NCBI GenBank assembly: GCA_002269645.1
Contig: NIVC01003129.1
Span: 1 to 64,000, forward strand
Direction of reading: 5' to 3'
From: Macrostomum lignano
Lineage: Eukaryota
Length of the DNA stretch: 64,000 nucleotides
Shown here: positions 1 to 11,570 of the stretch, one piece after another
How positions within the stretch are numbered: the stretch's first letter is position 1
Layout: the number at the start of each line of letters is the position of its first letter
Position numbers and translations under genes: made by a program
Notes under the pieces: model-generated
What the model was told of the DNA's origin: nothing
The model's input: only the letters and a program-made list of their open reading frames with translations
Database searches by the model: none

Positions 1-811
1 CGTTATGCGTACTGTATAAGGGTGTTGCGTGGAGAATTTTCTAATTCATGGCAAAAGAATATGTTCTTGAAAGTTTTATAAAATTTTTAATATCTAAAAG
101 ATTCGGTGTCTATTCGACTATTTTTTTCTGATTGGTAGATGTGAAAGGCCGGATACCAATTTCTGGTTTATTTTTTGTGCATAATTGTTATCTACGTTAA
201 AAGCATCCCCCATATATTTCACTGATTGATTGATGACGAAGTATCCAGCATAACTAAATATTTGGTCACTTCGTCATATTATTTTTCAAAGCTACTTTGC
301 TCCTGGTCACTTCGTCATCCGTATGACGAAATGGAATATGACTATCTGACCAGTGACCATTTTCGCGACTTTTCAATATTGTTAATTTAAGTTCTTTATC
401 GATGAGCTGTTATCAGCGTTCAAAACGCTGATATGCTATTACAAACTTACCATAGATATTTAATGTTAGACCCACGCATTTGCCAGCACTAAAACAGCCA
501 CGCAGACCACGCAGTGCCCTCTCTGTGTTAATTCATCTAACTAGCTATCTATGCAAAAAAGCAAATAAGATGGGTGGGCGGAAAAATATCACGCCACCAC
601 CCCAACACTGCCCCGAGCACAATGCCGAGCGTTATAAATACAATTGCAATTGAAAGAGCCGAGGCTCTCCACTGCCGAGTTGAGTAAAGTTTAAGCAGAG
701 GGGTAGCAGGCAGGGTAGTAGCAGGTTACACGCCGGCAGAGGGGTAGCAGGCGTGTAAGGTAGTTGGCGTGAGAGGCCTTCAGAGACTACCGATAAACGA
801 CCTGTTACAGG

Positions 812-868
812 TGGTTCCCTGACCGCGGAAGTCGAACCCGGGCCGCCTGGGTGAGAGCCAGGAATCCT
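812..868 (-). pseudogene. 5'-truncated tRNA-Glu(CTC) copy with encoded CCA, in primer-binding-site position
   Basis: Minus strand reads AGGATT-CCTGG-CT-CTC-AC-CCAGG-CGG-CCCGGGTTCGACTTCCGCGGTCAGGGAA-CCA. The anticodon stem is perfect and a GTTCGA T-loop is present. The acceptor 5' half and most of the D-arm are missing. Confidence 0.85.
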
Positions 869-1000
869 GCGATATTTAATGCTTTACTGATGCTTGGATG
901 TACCGAATTTATAACCGTATTTATAACAAATAAAAACAGAACTGAAGAGAACACATTGTCATTAAAGGTTGACGTGAAATCCACGGAATTACATGGCTTA

Positions 1001-1261
1001 CTAAGCAGGCAGGCCCTGATACCGCCGGCGTAGAAGACAGATTAGGAGCAGTAGAAGCGCGACAAACAGTAGGAGGCCACCGCCCCCCACCCCGCTCAGC
1101 CAACCGCGAAGAGCGCGCAGCCCGCCATCCTGAACCGCCGACCGAGCCTCCAGATTGAGTAGCCAGCGTTCTAAACCAATAGAGCGATCTTCCATGGCCC
1201 GTAATCGCTGCTCCAGCTCACTAACAAGACGCACTATCTTCCGCACAGTAAACTCAGACAT
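1001..1261 (-). CDS. Putative 86-aa coiled-coil + C-terminal transmembrane protein
   Basis: ATG-started ORF with a heptad-like segment (VRLVSELEQRLRAMEDR...LERWLLNLEAR), a Gly linker, a TM (LLLFVALLLLLICLL) and RRR. Confidence 0.4.
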   Translation of the reverse strand: MSEFTVRKIVRLVSELEQRLRAMEDRSIGLERWLLNLEARSAVQDGGLRALRGWLSGVGGGGLLLFVALLLLLICLLRRRYQGLPA

Positions 1262-4200
1262 GATGAGATTAGATAGTATCTACGGCGCAGAAATCGGCCG
1301 AATAGTCAAATTGTGGGGGCACGCTTCCATGCGCCGCGTTTTGAAAGGAATCGAAAGATTAGGAAGGAAAGGACCCCTTCGTCAGACGCGGCACGGCTCC
1401 GAACCCAGCTTCTAAAAACCCACCCCTCACGTCCCGCCGCACTCGCCACACCATGTACGCAGAGGATAGAACCAATGTAAAGTAGGCCCACTAAGGAGGA
1501 TAGGCAGATGAGAACACACGCCAAACCCCCAGACGTGATAATCAATTTCTTATTTCTTTCCAGCACACACTCAGCACAAAGATGGCCGCCTACACACCAG
1601 AAAAGGCTTACACCCGGCGACCTGACCAGGCTTTTGTGGACGTAGACCTCCACGTTCGGAAGTGCGTCAAGAAAGACGCACAAACACAGGTCGCCGAGTG
1701 CGATATCGATGGCGGCCACTCCGTGGCTACACAAACGGCCGCCGACTATAACGACTGGGGGGTGATCCTGGCCCCCAGAAAGACTCCATGGGACGGGGGC
1801 CCATATGAGGCGGCCGCCACCATTAGGCCATGGCCCTCACCACAGGGGGCTACCGCCTATATCTATGGAAGATAGGCAACCGCCCGGTCAAGGACGAATA
1901 TTACTAAACGGCCTCGGCGCAACATACGAGCTATATAAAACAAACTATACGCTTGAAACTTTTGCTTGAAGTATAATCCATCCTCTGACACAATCACTTA
2001 TCTACCTCTGCTAGCACATCCTCTTCTACCCCTAATACAACGTTTACTACCTTTTGCAGATTTCTAACGTCTTATATTTGATGAAATACGCACCGACAAC
2101 GCGATTTAGTTCTAGCATAGAGGACCCAAATCCTTGTTATCACAAGGATTTCGAAAAAAGGGGAATCATATAAGAGTTAGACATCTGAAGTTTTAACCCT
2201 AAGTTAGAAGATAGGTAGAAATTTATGAAAGGCCCAGCCGCAGTGAAGGCCGAGGCAGAAAAAACACAATGGAACCCCTAGATAGCTATTAGAAGGGCAA
2301 ACAGAAGCAGTTCTAAGATAATTAATCAATTGTCAAGTCAATTTGAATAGCCGAATCTAATAAAGCCCCTTTCCATTCCAGTCAGTAGCGTCACCCTGCC
2401 GCAGGAACAATGGCACTCAAACCGGCTGGGAAAAGCAAACTGAGCAGCGACCTGACTTAAAGAACGACGCGGCACGCAGCAGAATCTGGCGCACCCTGAG
2501 GGAGAAAACGTGAGGCCCACCTACAGATTCCTACCCAACCTGAAGCGGCCCAAGAAGGCGAGATCAACCCCAAACAGCTTGACAACCGAGAGCTGAGAGA
2601 GAGACTGTTTAATCATCCATGGACAGAGTTAAGAGACGGAAAATTAAGCTCTTTTTCTATAATCGTTCTACGAGCGTATCCCAAATTTTATCCAACTCAA
2701 CACATAGATTTGCAAAACCCTGAATAATCTCTAACCCTCGCACTTAGCAACCTACTAGAACTAACTAAATTCGTGTACAACTAGGGGACTGAGTCCCAGA
2801 ATTTTATTGCTTAAAATTAATCCCCGCCTTTGCTAACCACGCGAAGACACCCCACCGGCGGCGGGGGGGGGGTCAAAATTGCCAATCGGTATAAAATAGA
2901 CGCCCATCTTAAACTGGAGCGGCGCTTCGTTTTTTCCTGCGCAGTTTTCAGATCTCAACTCGCTCCTTTTGTATTGATCTCTGGACTATCCAGTTGGCTC
3001 AAATTCAAGTCTTCAACCCAATTATTTGCCTTAAAGTTACGCAGAGCGAAATACTCGTGAGATTCAAATTCAGCCTAGATACTAGGAGATCCGTCAGTTT
3101 ATACGGTTTTCTCTGGCGGCCTGATAAAGGATATAAAGCTGAGCTGTTTATAGAACCCTAGACCGCGCGCTAGACCTATATTATCGAAAGTGATCGAGAA
3201 TACAACAAAAGGCCCCAGAGACAAACGCGTATAAGCTGCCAAAAGTGACAGAGACCAAGTTTTACGTTTACCCGGTCTTACTGTATTTTACAGTAGTAGA
3301 AGTCGAATATTCCATAAAGAATTAAGATTACCAATGCTTTTAAACCCACTGACGATTAGATCACGAAAAAAGTATAACTACGCTATTCAAAGCAAATCAA
3401 CCGATCAATAAGATTGCTGCAATAGCTGTCCACCCAAAATTGACACCCCTAGCTAATCAATAAAGCATGTCAGAATAATCATGTTAAATATCGTAATCCT
3501 GCTAAAATAGTTCCCCCCGGGGTTCGCTATGTACATGTACATGTATTATTTTGCTTTAAAGACCTTTAAATTAAGTTACAAAGTGTGTAGTTGCGCGCTA
3601 AGTGTTAGATTTGAAATTATCTACAACGCTGAAACGTGAACCCTGACCACCTTGCAGGAGCGGCAGCTGGATGCTGCGCACGCTGGTCTTTTGAGCGCTT
3701 GCTACACTTGCTAGCTTGCCACGATCGCAGCACCACTTTACTTTATACATATTTATACAACAATACTCTAGCTTAGCCTATCTGTTGCAAAACATGTGGT
3801 CTAATAAGGTTCCTATTTTTTTCTTTAATGCTTATAAATTTTCGTGACATCTAGGTATAGAAATAGTCTATTTTGTTTTATTTTGCGTTTGTTTCAAACC
3901 ACCGTCTTTTTAGAACAAAATGAAGCTGGTTGTGTCTGCAAGTCATTGTCGTACTATTTTCTAATATGTGGGTCACGAAATAGAACCACAGCACCCCTGT
4001 TGTACCAATTTGTCCTTTTAATTGCCTCGTTTTGCTTTTAAAGTTGTCCTTGTAATTTGTGTTCATTGACATTGATTATGAAACTGAACATGCTATGTTA
4101 TGTGGTCGTATGCCATTGCCACATCACATGTCATGACCTTGGCTACGCTACTCCACTGGGCTTGTTTCAAAATGGTTAAAAACGATAAATGTAGTTAAGT

Positions 4201-4675
4201 TAGCTAGGCTAGACCTAGCTTAGAGATACTAAGAGTAGATAATAATCTCAATTAAGAACTAGGTCATAGACTCATAGGTAGGTCTACATTGTCCATCTAG
4301 GCCTAAAATAGGTAGACGAAATGACTGCACACTGGCAGCATAGGCCTAGTAGTAGAAATCACTAGTAGGCGTTGACATATAGAAAGAGCCTATTGGCTAT
4401 TGGATATATATACAACTTTTTGTCGGTTTAATTACATTTTTTTAAATTGAAAGTGCCATGAATGAAGCCTTGCCCTTGGCTTTGGTATTTATCAACTATC
4501 AAGTATCAACTAGGCGGGCTAATTATTATTAAATATTTAGTGTTTATAAAAATTGTTTAGGCCTTTTTTATGGCCTAGGATAAATTTGTCACAAGCAAAT
4601 TTGTTATAGGGTTGAGCATAGAACATAAGATTGGTCAGATTCACCAACTTATTAATTATTTATAGTATTCATATT

Positions 4676-5682
4676 GGTGTAGGACCAAGACCGCCACACA
4701 CCAAGACCGCCACACTTGGGGGAGATAGGAGGGAGGAATTTGGCTCGCCATGTTATTAGATAGGGCTGAGGAGGGGTGAGATGGGGAGAGCCAGCAAGAC
4801 AAGGCCACGAGAGAGGAACTGGTAAGCAGGCTAGGCCTAGCCTGGCTAGGTAGGTGAGTGAGCCAGGCTCCTTGTTTTTTTCATTTAATTTGAATTGTTA
4901 AAATTGCCCTGGTTGACTTGCAATCATTTTGGGCCACTTATTCATCTTATTAGTGACCAATCTTAGGACACTTCCTCCTCAGTGGTGTGATTCAGGCGCG
5001 AATTCGCGCCAGGCGCGAAAATGGCGCGAATGCGCGAATCCTGGGGGTCTGGCGCAAAATTTTGTGGAACCATGGGCGCGAAAATTGCATTCTTATTTTC
5101 TGCTTTTTACACTTATTCTCTTGTCAGACAGTATGAAATACAAGAATGTCATAGCTTAGGAGATTAATCTAACTGCTGCTTCACGAGTTGACGGCAGCCA
5201 CCAAGAGCAAGGACGCCGAGATTGAAGAACTGAGGCGTCAGCAGCATAATGTGCAGAAGAAGAAGCAGAAGGAGGCAGAGAAGCTAGCTGAGCTCGTCTT
5301 GAAGCGCAAGGCTGCTGAGCTGCTGTCAACGTCGTCAATCACCAGCAGGAGCAGTCGTCTGCCTGCAGACATCGCCAACAAGAAGTTCAGGTGGGACACG
5401 GCTGGGACTTGAGAGACATGCTAATTGGTAGCCAGACGCATCTTCAAAAGTGTCATCAATTGACTTATTTGGCTGTCAGTAGAATGTTATTGGCATGGCG
5501 CGAAAATTTCCAGTCGGCGCGAAATTTGGCAAACTTTCCAATCACACCACTGTTCCTCCTCATCTAACTCCACAACCCATCATAACCAATAGCAATGCTG
5601 GAAGATTGGTAGCTTCCCCTCAATTCCAATAGTCAGTAAGAGCTGTGGCGGTCTTGGTATGTGGCGGTCTTGGTCATGCGCC
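4676..5682. mobile_element. Non-autonomous DNA transposon, Merlin-like (GG termini, 8-bp TSD)
   Basis: TIRs are GGTGTAGGACCAAGACCGCCACAC.. and revcomp GGCGCATGACCAAGACCGCCACAT... TSD TTCATATT lies at 4668-4675 and 5683-5690. The superfamily is inferred from GGNRM ends plus the 8-bp TSD. Confidence 0.8.
4980..5552. mobile_element. hAT-type MITE nested in the Merlin-like element
   Basis: Perfect 13-bp TIR CAGTGGTGTGATT/AATCACACCACTG, 8-bp TSD TTCCTCCT (4972-4979, 5553-5560), and subterminal GGCGCGAA repeats. Confidence 0.9.
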
Positions 5683-6846
5683 TTCATATTGATAGCTCTT
5701 TTTGATACTTGTGCTTTGTGGTAAGCCTACCTAGCATTTTGTTATCCAATTTGCTTTTTGGTACCAAAATTATCAATTAAAAACAGATAAAAATATAATT
5801 AGGTAGTAGGCCCTGGCCTAATCTAAAAATGCTTAACAGTAGTTTTGCTTTAAATAACTTATTGTATTGTAATTCATACTTAAAATCCATAGTCCAGAAG
5901 GTGGCCTTAATACTGGAATTTTCTAGCATATTTTTGGTCTTGCTGACAATCTTGGCATATATTTAGTATATAGAATTTTCTATTTCAACAGTAAGTGTAC
6001 ATAGTTGGCATACAAAAAAATAGCCAAGTTCAAGGCTAATGTAATTGACTAATTGTGTAGCTATTTAAATATCAACCAACATCAAAAGCTCTTTAAAAAT
6101 AATCAAAAACTAAAATAGAAAATAATAACACAATTACAAGAAACTCAAAATTAAAACCAAGAATATCAGTTTTAAAAAAATAGCCATTTTAAAGTTTAGT
6201 AAAAGTTTTAAATTCTTAAAAATGTATATGCTTTGAAAAAATGGCGTATAAAATTTTAGTCTTGGTGTAAAAAATTTATAAAAAAACAATTTTATTCACT
6301 AAACAATTTTAGTCTTGGTGTAAAAAAAGTAAAGGTAAACATAAAATGGAGTAAAATCATATAAAATTAGGATTTGAGGCAAAAATTTGATATTGTTGGC
6401 TGGGGTGCTGCACAGAATTTCAGGCAATATCTGTCTGACTCTAAAACATGTATTGGCAAACTCTGGCCTCTGCATTGGCTTCTCTCTATGTCCTTTGAAT
6501 CCTTTGAAACTTCTATCTTCTCTTCTATTTCCTTTCTTTTCTATTCTCTTATCTTTTCTTTTTTCCTCTTTCTCCTCTCCTTTCTTCTCTTGTATCTTTT
6601 CTCTTATCCCCTCTCTTGTCTCTCCTCTCTTTTTGAATTGTATATTCTTTCTTCTTTCTATTCTCATCTACCTTTGGCCATGAGCTGGATTCTTTATCTG
6701 GCCTTTGAGGTAAAAGTCTGCCCATCCCTGCTTGGAAAGCCAGTTTGTGGGACATAGTACTATCATAGTTGTTCTTATGCTTTATATGAATTTATATGAA
6801 TTTAAATTTTGAATCTTTATTTTAGCCTCTTCTACCCAACTATAAC

Positions 6847-7027
6847 CAGTGGTGGCTCCAGAATTTTTAAAGTAGGGGTAGTCCTGGGCAGATTGGTCCA
6901 ACTTTTTGGGTTGGCCCATAATAAGCCCTAAATAAGCCTAAAATTGCAATATTCTCCCTTATATGCAAGTTTAGCCACAGGAAAAAAGGGGGTGGTTGCT
7001 CCCTTCCTCCCTCTGGATCTGCCACTG
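6847..7027. mobile_element. Old hAT-type MITE
   Basis: Imperfect TIRs CAGTGGTGGCTCCAG / CTGGATCTGCCACTG. Flanks ACTATAAC vs ACTTTGAT match 5/8. Confidence 0.65.
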
Positions 7028-9954
7028 ACTTTGATGTGGACATGGCATTGAAAATCTATGTTAATGCTTGAGTCCTAAATTCCATAGACTTAAAAGTTCT
7101 CCTCATTTTAAAACTGGCAACATTAAGTTATTTTTATTACCCTACTCCCATCAAATCAACAGCCCCAAGCCCAATGATCTTTCAAGTCTTAGTTGAGTTG
7201 TATTACTAGATACAAGAACTAGAAATGGGAAATATATGTTCCTGTAACCATATCTGTATTCATATACTTTGCCAAAAAACCTCTGTATCTGTAACTTCCC
7301 ATAGCCATATCTGTAGCTATGGTGGAACTCTAATTTTGATCATTGAATACTACATGAGTTGAATCAATGCAATGTTTTTACAGTCTATCTAATAGTATAT
7401 AGCTAATAGAATTTAATAAAATGAGAGATTTTCTAAAATTAAAAAGTGGATTAAATTAATGAAAAGAATAACACTTTCATTAGATAAAGACAGAAGTGTT
7501 GTAAAGTATTTATTATATTTTTATGAAAAATTTTTGTATTTACACTAAGCTATGGTACTAAAATACCAGGTACCAAAAAAGCACAGGCACCAAAAAGCAT
7601 GGAAACTTTTATATTGATATGTTGTAGGGGAAAAGTTCTGCCCCCTAATGACATTCTCACTGTTTCCTAATGAAGCCACCAAAGTTATGCTAGGGCTAAC
7701 TTTTGTCTTGTCAAATTACCTTAAGTTGTCATAAGGCTCCTAATATTCCTATTACTTATATGCTTTTACTAATGTTTCATGTATACAAATATTACTGGTA
7801 GTGTATGAATGTACTTATTGATAGTATATGTACTTATCTACTAGTAGCAAGTAGCATATATACTATTTCTTGGCCTGGGTGGTCTATTGACACTAAACCC
7901 AATTTCTATACTTCTAATTACTCTTTCTAAAGTGGAATTCTCTTAGTCCAAGGCATTCCCGGGATCAGAGGGTCACAGCTTCTAGGTGTTTTATTGCTCT
8001 GAGGCAATTTTACTGCTCTATGGCAATATTCCTTATACTACACTACTGAGTAATTCTTGCTTTCAGTGGTTCTTAATGCTTCCAAATTGGGGCTATTAAT
8101 CCTTTAGAAATTTAATATTATTAGAATATTACTGGTATTTCGGGACATAACATTTAAACAAAAAGTTTATTTTCTAGTGTAAATTTGAATGTAGCCTATT
8201 CTAAGAAAAGTAATCATAGAAAATGAATATTAAAAAGAATATACTATACTATTAACAGAGCATACAGATATTGCTAGAAAAAGGAGGCACTATCACATAT
8301 AAATGCTATTTTTTTACCTATATTTTTTATTGTTATCATTAGTATTGTTTTTATATTTTATATGTAATGCAAATTGCAAAGTCTATTCAATTACTAAAAA
8401 GATAGAATTGAAAATTTTGTTTAATACAAAAGCCAAATTGGCAAATAAACTAGGCATGTATTAAATAATCTATTGTCCATGAAATATATAAAGTTTGAAA
8501 TACAATTAAAATAGTAATTTTTATTAGGCCTAGACTCTATATAACAAATCATGCATATATTGATAATGGCTTTGACTACAATAAATACCAATAACACAGA
8601 ATAATTGTTTGACTTCATAGATGATTTTCTATTTTAGACAAAATGATTAAAGTTAAACAAAGAACATTGGTTTAATAGCACTTGGCTTGGAACTTTAAAG
8701 TTAGTAAATTGTCTATAATATCATGTGATTATTTACTTTATGTGATAACATCTAAAGCTAATTTTTATGATGCCTATTAAATTATTGAGAGGCAACAGTT
8801 TAAATAAATAATAATATATCAGCAATGACATATTATTGTCAAAATGAAACATTATCTTTGTAGGAAAAAACTTGTTGTCTATAGCAAGAGATAGCTTACC
8901 TTATCTATATCTGATGCCCTTTGTACTAAATTGTGGGCTATGTAGAAGAATCTTGAAAAATCAGCATCTTATGACTTATATATAAATCTAGATGATGAAT
9001 TTATAGATGATGAAATATATATTTGATCTATTTCTACAAAATTTGTCTGGATACCCTATCAAGTTTGCAAGAATGTAAGGAAAAGGTATTCTTAGGTGCA
9101 TAACTATTTAGGATCATGGCAATATATATTTTGTTAACATTACTATATATTTTTTATTACTTTTAAATTATAGAATAGGATTTTTGCAATTTGAATTTCA
9201 AACTTGACAATTGATTTCCTTATTTATGTATCTGACTATCAATAAAGATCTCTATTTATTCCAATAGCAATAAAGATAGAAACATTTTTAATTTTGCTAT
9301 TAGGCAGGGTCCAAGCCAAGGCTTTAATATTTATGAAGTATTCATGAAAGAAAGTTGATAGGAAAAGACAAAAAAGGTCATTTATTATTGCACATGCATG
9401 TAAAGCCCCAAATTACACTAGCTAAAATGCAGCTTACTTTTGTTACTTACTTAAACAGAGTAAAAAGCATCAGAAAGTCATTATTAAGTACAATTAAATG
9501 GATTCAAAGTGTCTTAGGCTTGAAGGTATCATAGCTTTGCTTGAGTTTACCAAGCAACATAAATTTGAATTGTATTGATTTTTATTATTGACTATTATGA
9601 CTTCTTCAAAGTTGGTTCAATTTAAAAAATGGCTCTTAATATTTTAGTTTTACATTTGCCCAGTGAGAAAAATGCGATGTTTTACATTTTTTAAGAACTA
9701 GTATCGGAAGTTGGAAACTTGAGATAAACTTGAAATCGAAATACTAGTATCAGCATTGTAAGCAGAGGGCAGCAGCCCCCCTCTGCAGTGGTCCTGGGAG
9801 GTCAAAGTGGTCAGCGGTCCCTCCCTAGTAAAGTTCGATTCTTGTGTGTGATGCCAAATGGCGGGCCTAGACTTTCTCTTTTTGCGTAAAGCACTGCAGC
9901 TGTACAATATTTTAAATGAACAAATGCTTCAGCTGTGAAGCGGCTCAATCTGCG

Positions 9955-10548
9955 ATGCGCAACGAACCGACAGCAGCCGCGGCAGTGCCCAACTCTGCCT
10001 CATTGGCAGCCGCTGTTGGCATACGGAGGCGCTGGGCCATCGAATTCTCGTTGCTTCATCATCGCTCGCCAGCTTCCCAGTCGCGTCATTACGATTCGCT
10101 GAGCACAGCGACTGCTCAGCTGGCCGCCCCGGCCGGCTACATGGACCGGCCACCACCTCTGGCCGGCGGCCGGGAGCCGGACGGCGCCCTCATCAGCAAG
10201 AGAGGCTGGGACGCGGCCCTCGGCCCGCTGAAACAGTTGCCAATGAATCTGTTCATCATGTGGATGGCTGGGAATTCCGTATCGATATTCCCCATCATGA
10301 TGGTGCTGATGCTGTTCATGCGCCCCATCCAGGCCGTGTTCGCCATGCAGGCCACCTTCGCCCAGATCGAGGGCGGGCAGGCCTGCCTGCAGCGCTTCGT
10401 CTACCTGATTGGCAACCTGGCCGTGCTGGCGCTAGCGGTGTACAAGTGCCACACAATGGGCCTGCTGCCTACCTACGAGTCCGACTGGTTGTCCTTTGTT
10501 GACAGTCCCCGCCGGACGGAGGTGTCCGGTGGCGGCTTCCTGCTCTAG
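9955..10548 (+). CDS. EMC4: ER membrane protein complex subunit 4 (intronless)
   Basis: RRWAIEF, KRGWDAALGPLKQLPMNLFIMWMAGNSVSIFP, YLIGNL..LALAVYKCHTMGLLPT..SDWLSF and SGGGFLL match the EMC4/TMEM85 family. Start at ATG 9955 after the CAG acceptor at ~9932 is inferred. Confidence 0.95.
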   Translation: MRNEPTAAAAVPNSASLAAAVGIRRRWAIEFSLLHHRSPASQSRHYDSLSTATAQLAAPAGYMDRPPPLAGGREPDGALISKRGWDAALGPLKQLPMNLFIMWMAGNSVSIFPIMMVLMLFMRPIQAVFAMQATFAQIEGGQACLQRFVYLIGNLAVLALAVYKCHTMGLLPTYESDWLSFVDSPRRTEVSGGGFLL

Positions 10549-10689
10549 CGAACCGCTCATTTCAGTGGACACTCACTGTGCTGGCCTGGGAAAGTTACTA
10601 AAAAGACTTGGAATTTCCATATATGTTAAATGCAGCTGTTAGTTGCCATCAGTGTTTTGCTGCCGCACTCGAACGGTGGGCACACGCCT

Positions 10690-11095
10690 GACCCGTTGAG
10701 AACGATACCGTGACAAGAGTCGCTATAAAGTCGTTGCAAGCAACTGTCTAGTGGCGTCGCGTGAGCTGTAGAATCGTGAAAGATTCGTCCAAGAATCGTT
10801 GTGTTATCGCTTAACTTTCGTTAGAGATTTGACTCTGATTCATCAAGCGACGCAAATGGACTTCAAAGGCAAGTCAATGACTCTGCAGTGACTTTAGAAC
10901 GCCTCAGACGACGACTTTTTGGCCATTTGTACCGCGACATCTCGTCGTCTTAGAGTCGTTTAGAGTCACTTCTTTCCTGTTTTACCTGCGCTATCAGCAA
11001 CGACTGGGGCAGCGCAAGTGACTCCGGGACGCTTCTTGACGTAGGTACCGTTTTCATCGGGTGACGATTAAAAAGTCAGGGCGCTGTACACCCTG
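10690..11095. mobile_element. Dispersed repeat / DNA-transposon remnant
   Basis: Inverted repeat ACCCGTTGAGAACGATACC vs GGTACCGTTTTCATCGGGT. The end GCGCTGTACACCCTG also occurs in reverse at 53655, and an internal motif recurs at 19141-19186. Confidence 0.5.
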
Positions 11096-11570
11096 TGTGA
11101 GTGCTGCCTCGCTGTCTCAGGCTGATTGTTTATAACTAGGCAGGCGAAATCGTATCATTCTTTGGTCCTCCTGCATCCGTATTGCTTGATTCAGGTGCGA
11201 GCAAAAGCATTGTCGGCTTTTAAGTAGCGCTTTTATCGGGTTTTATATATGCTACTCTTAGTATCTAGTCACGTCTCGGTATTAATTTCATTTTTCTGTT
11301 GTCGTTTTGCACTCAGTAATCTCTAGTCTTGACCAGTTTTATGTGGTATCTGTTAGCGTTTGGAATGTGCGTTTTCAGCGTTAGTGTGAATTGTGTTCGC
11401 GTTCGAAATAAACTCTAGTTTTAGTTTAATTTTTCAATGCTGGTTGCTGATTTTGTGACCCGGCTATTATTGGTCACATTTTAGCTCATTGGCTGTTGTT
11501 ATTTAAGCGATCCCTTGTCCTCAACAGTTATTTGTCAAACTAATCGTTTTACTTCTGTTATGGAGATAAC

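Larger units (their letters stand above)
803..4100 (+). mobile_element. Decayed LTR-retroelement-like region (LTR end TGTTACA + PBS, stop-riddled internal coding remnants)
   Basis: TGTTACA(803-809), then GG, then TGGTTCCCTGACCG is the canonical LTR-end/PBS layout. No second LTR, gag or pol motif was recognised, and the right boundary is approximate. Confidence 0.4.

Noticed and set aside
1155-1415. Resemblance of YGAEIGRIVKLWGHAS to a tyrosine-recombinase box II
   Set aside because: No HxxR at the right spacing and no catalytic Tyr.
1030-1770. Plus-strand frame with repeated TAG/TAA suggesting a ciliate-type genetic code
   Set aside because: The stops are explained by CTA/TTA codons of minus-strand ORFs and by C-to-T decay. 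All host genes here use the standard code.
6299-6757. ORFs over the T/C-rich tract and the 8421-8618 ORF
   Set aside because: Low-complexity or AT-rich chance ORFs inside the CpG-depleted block; no recognisable motifs.
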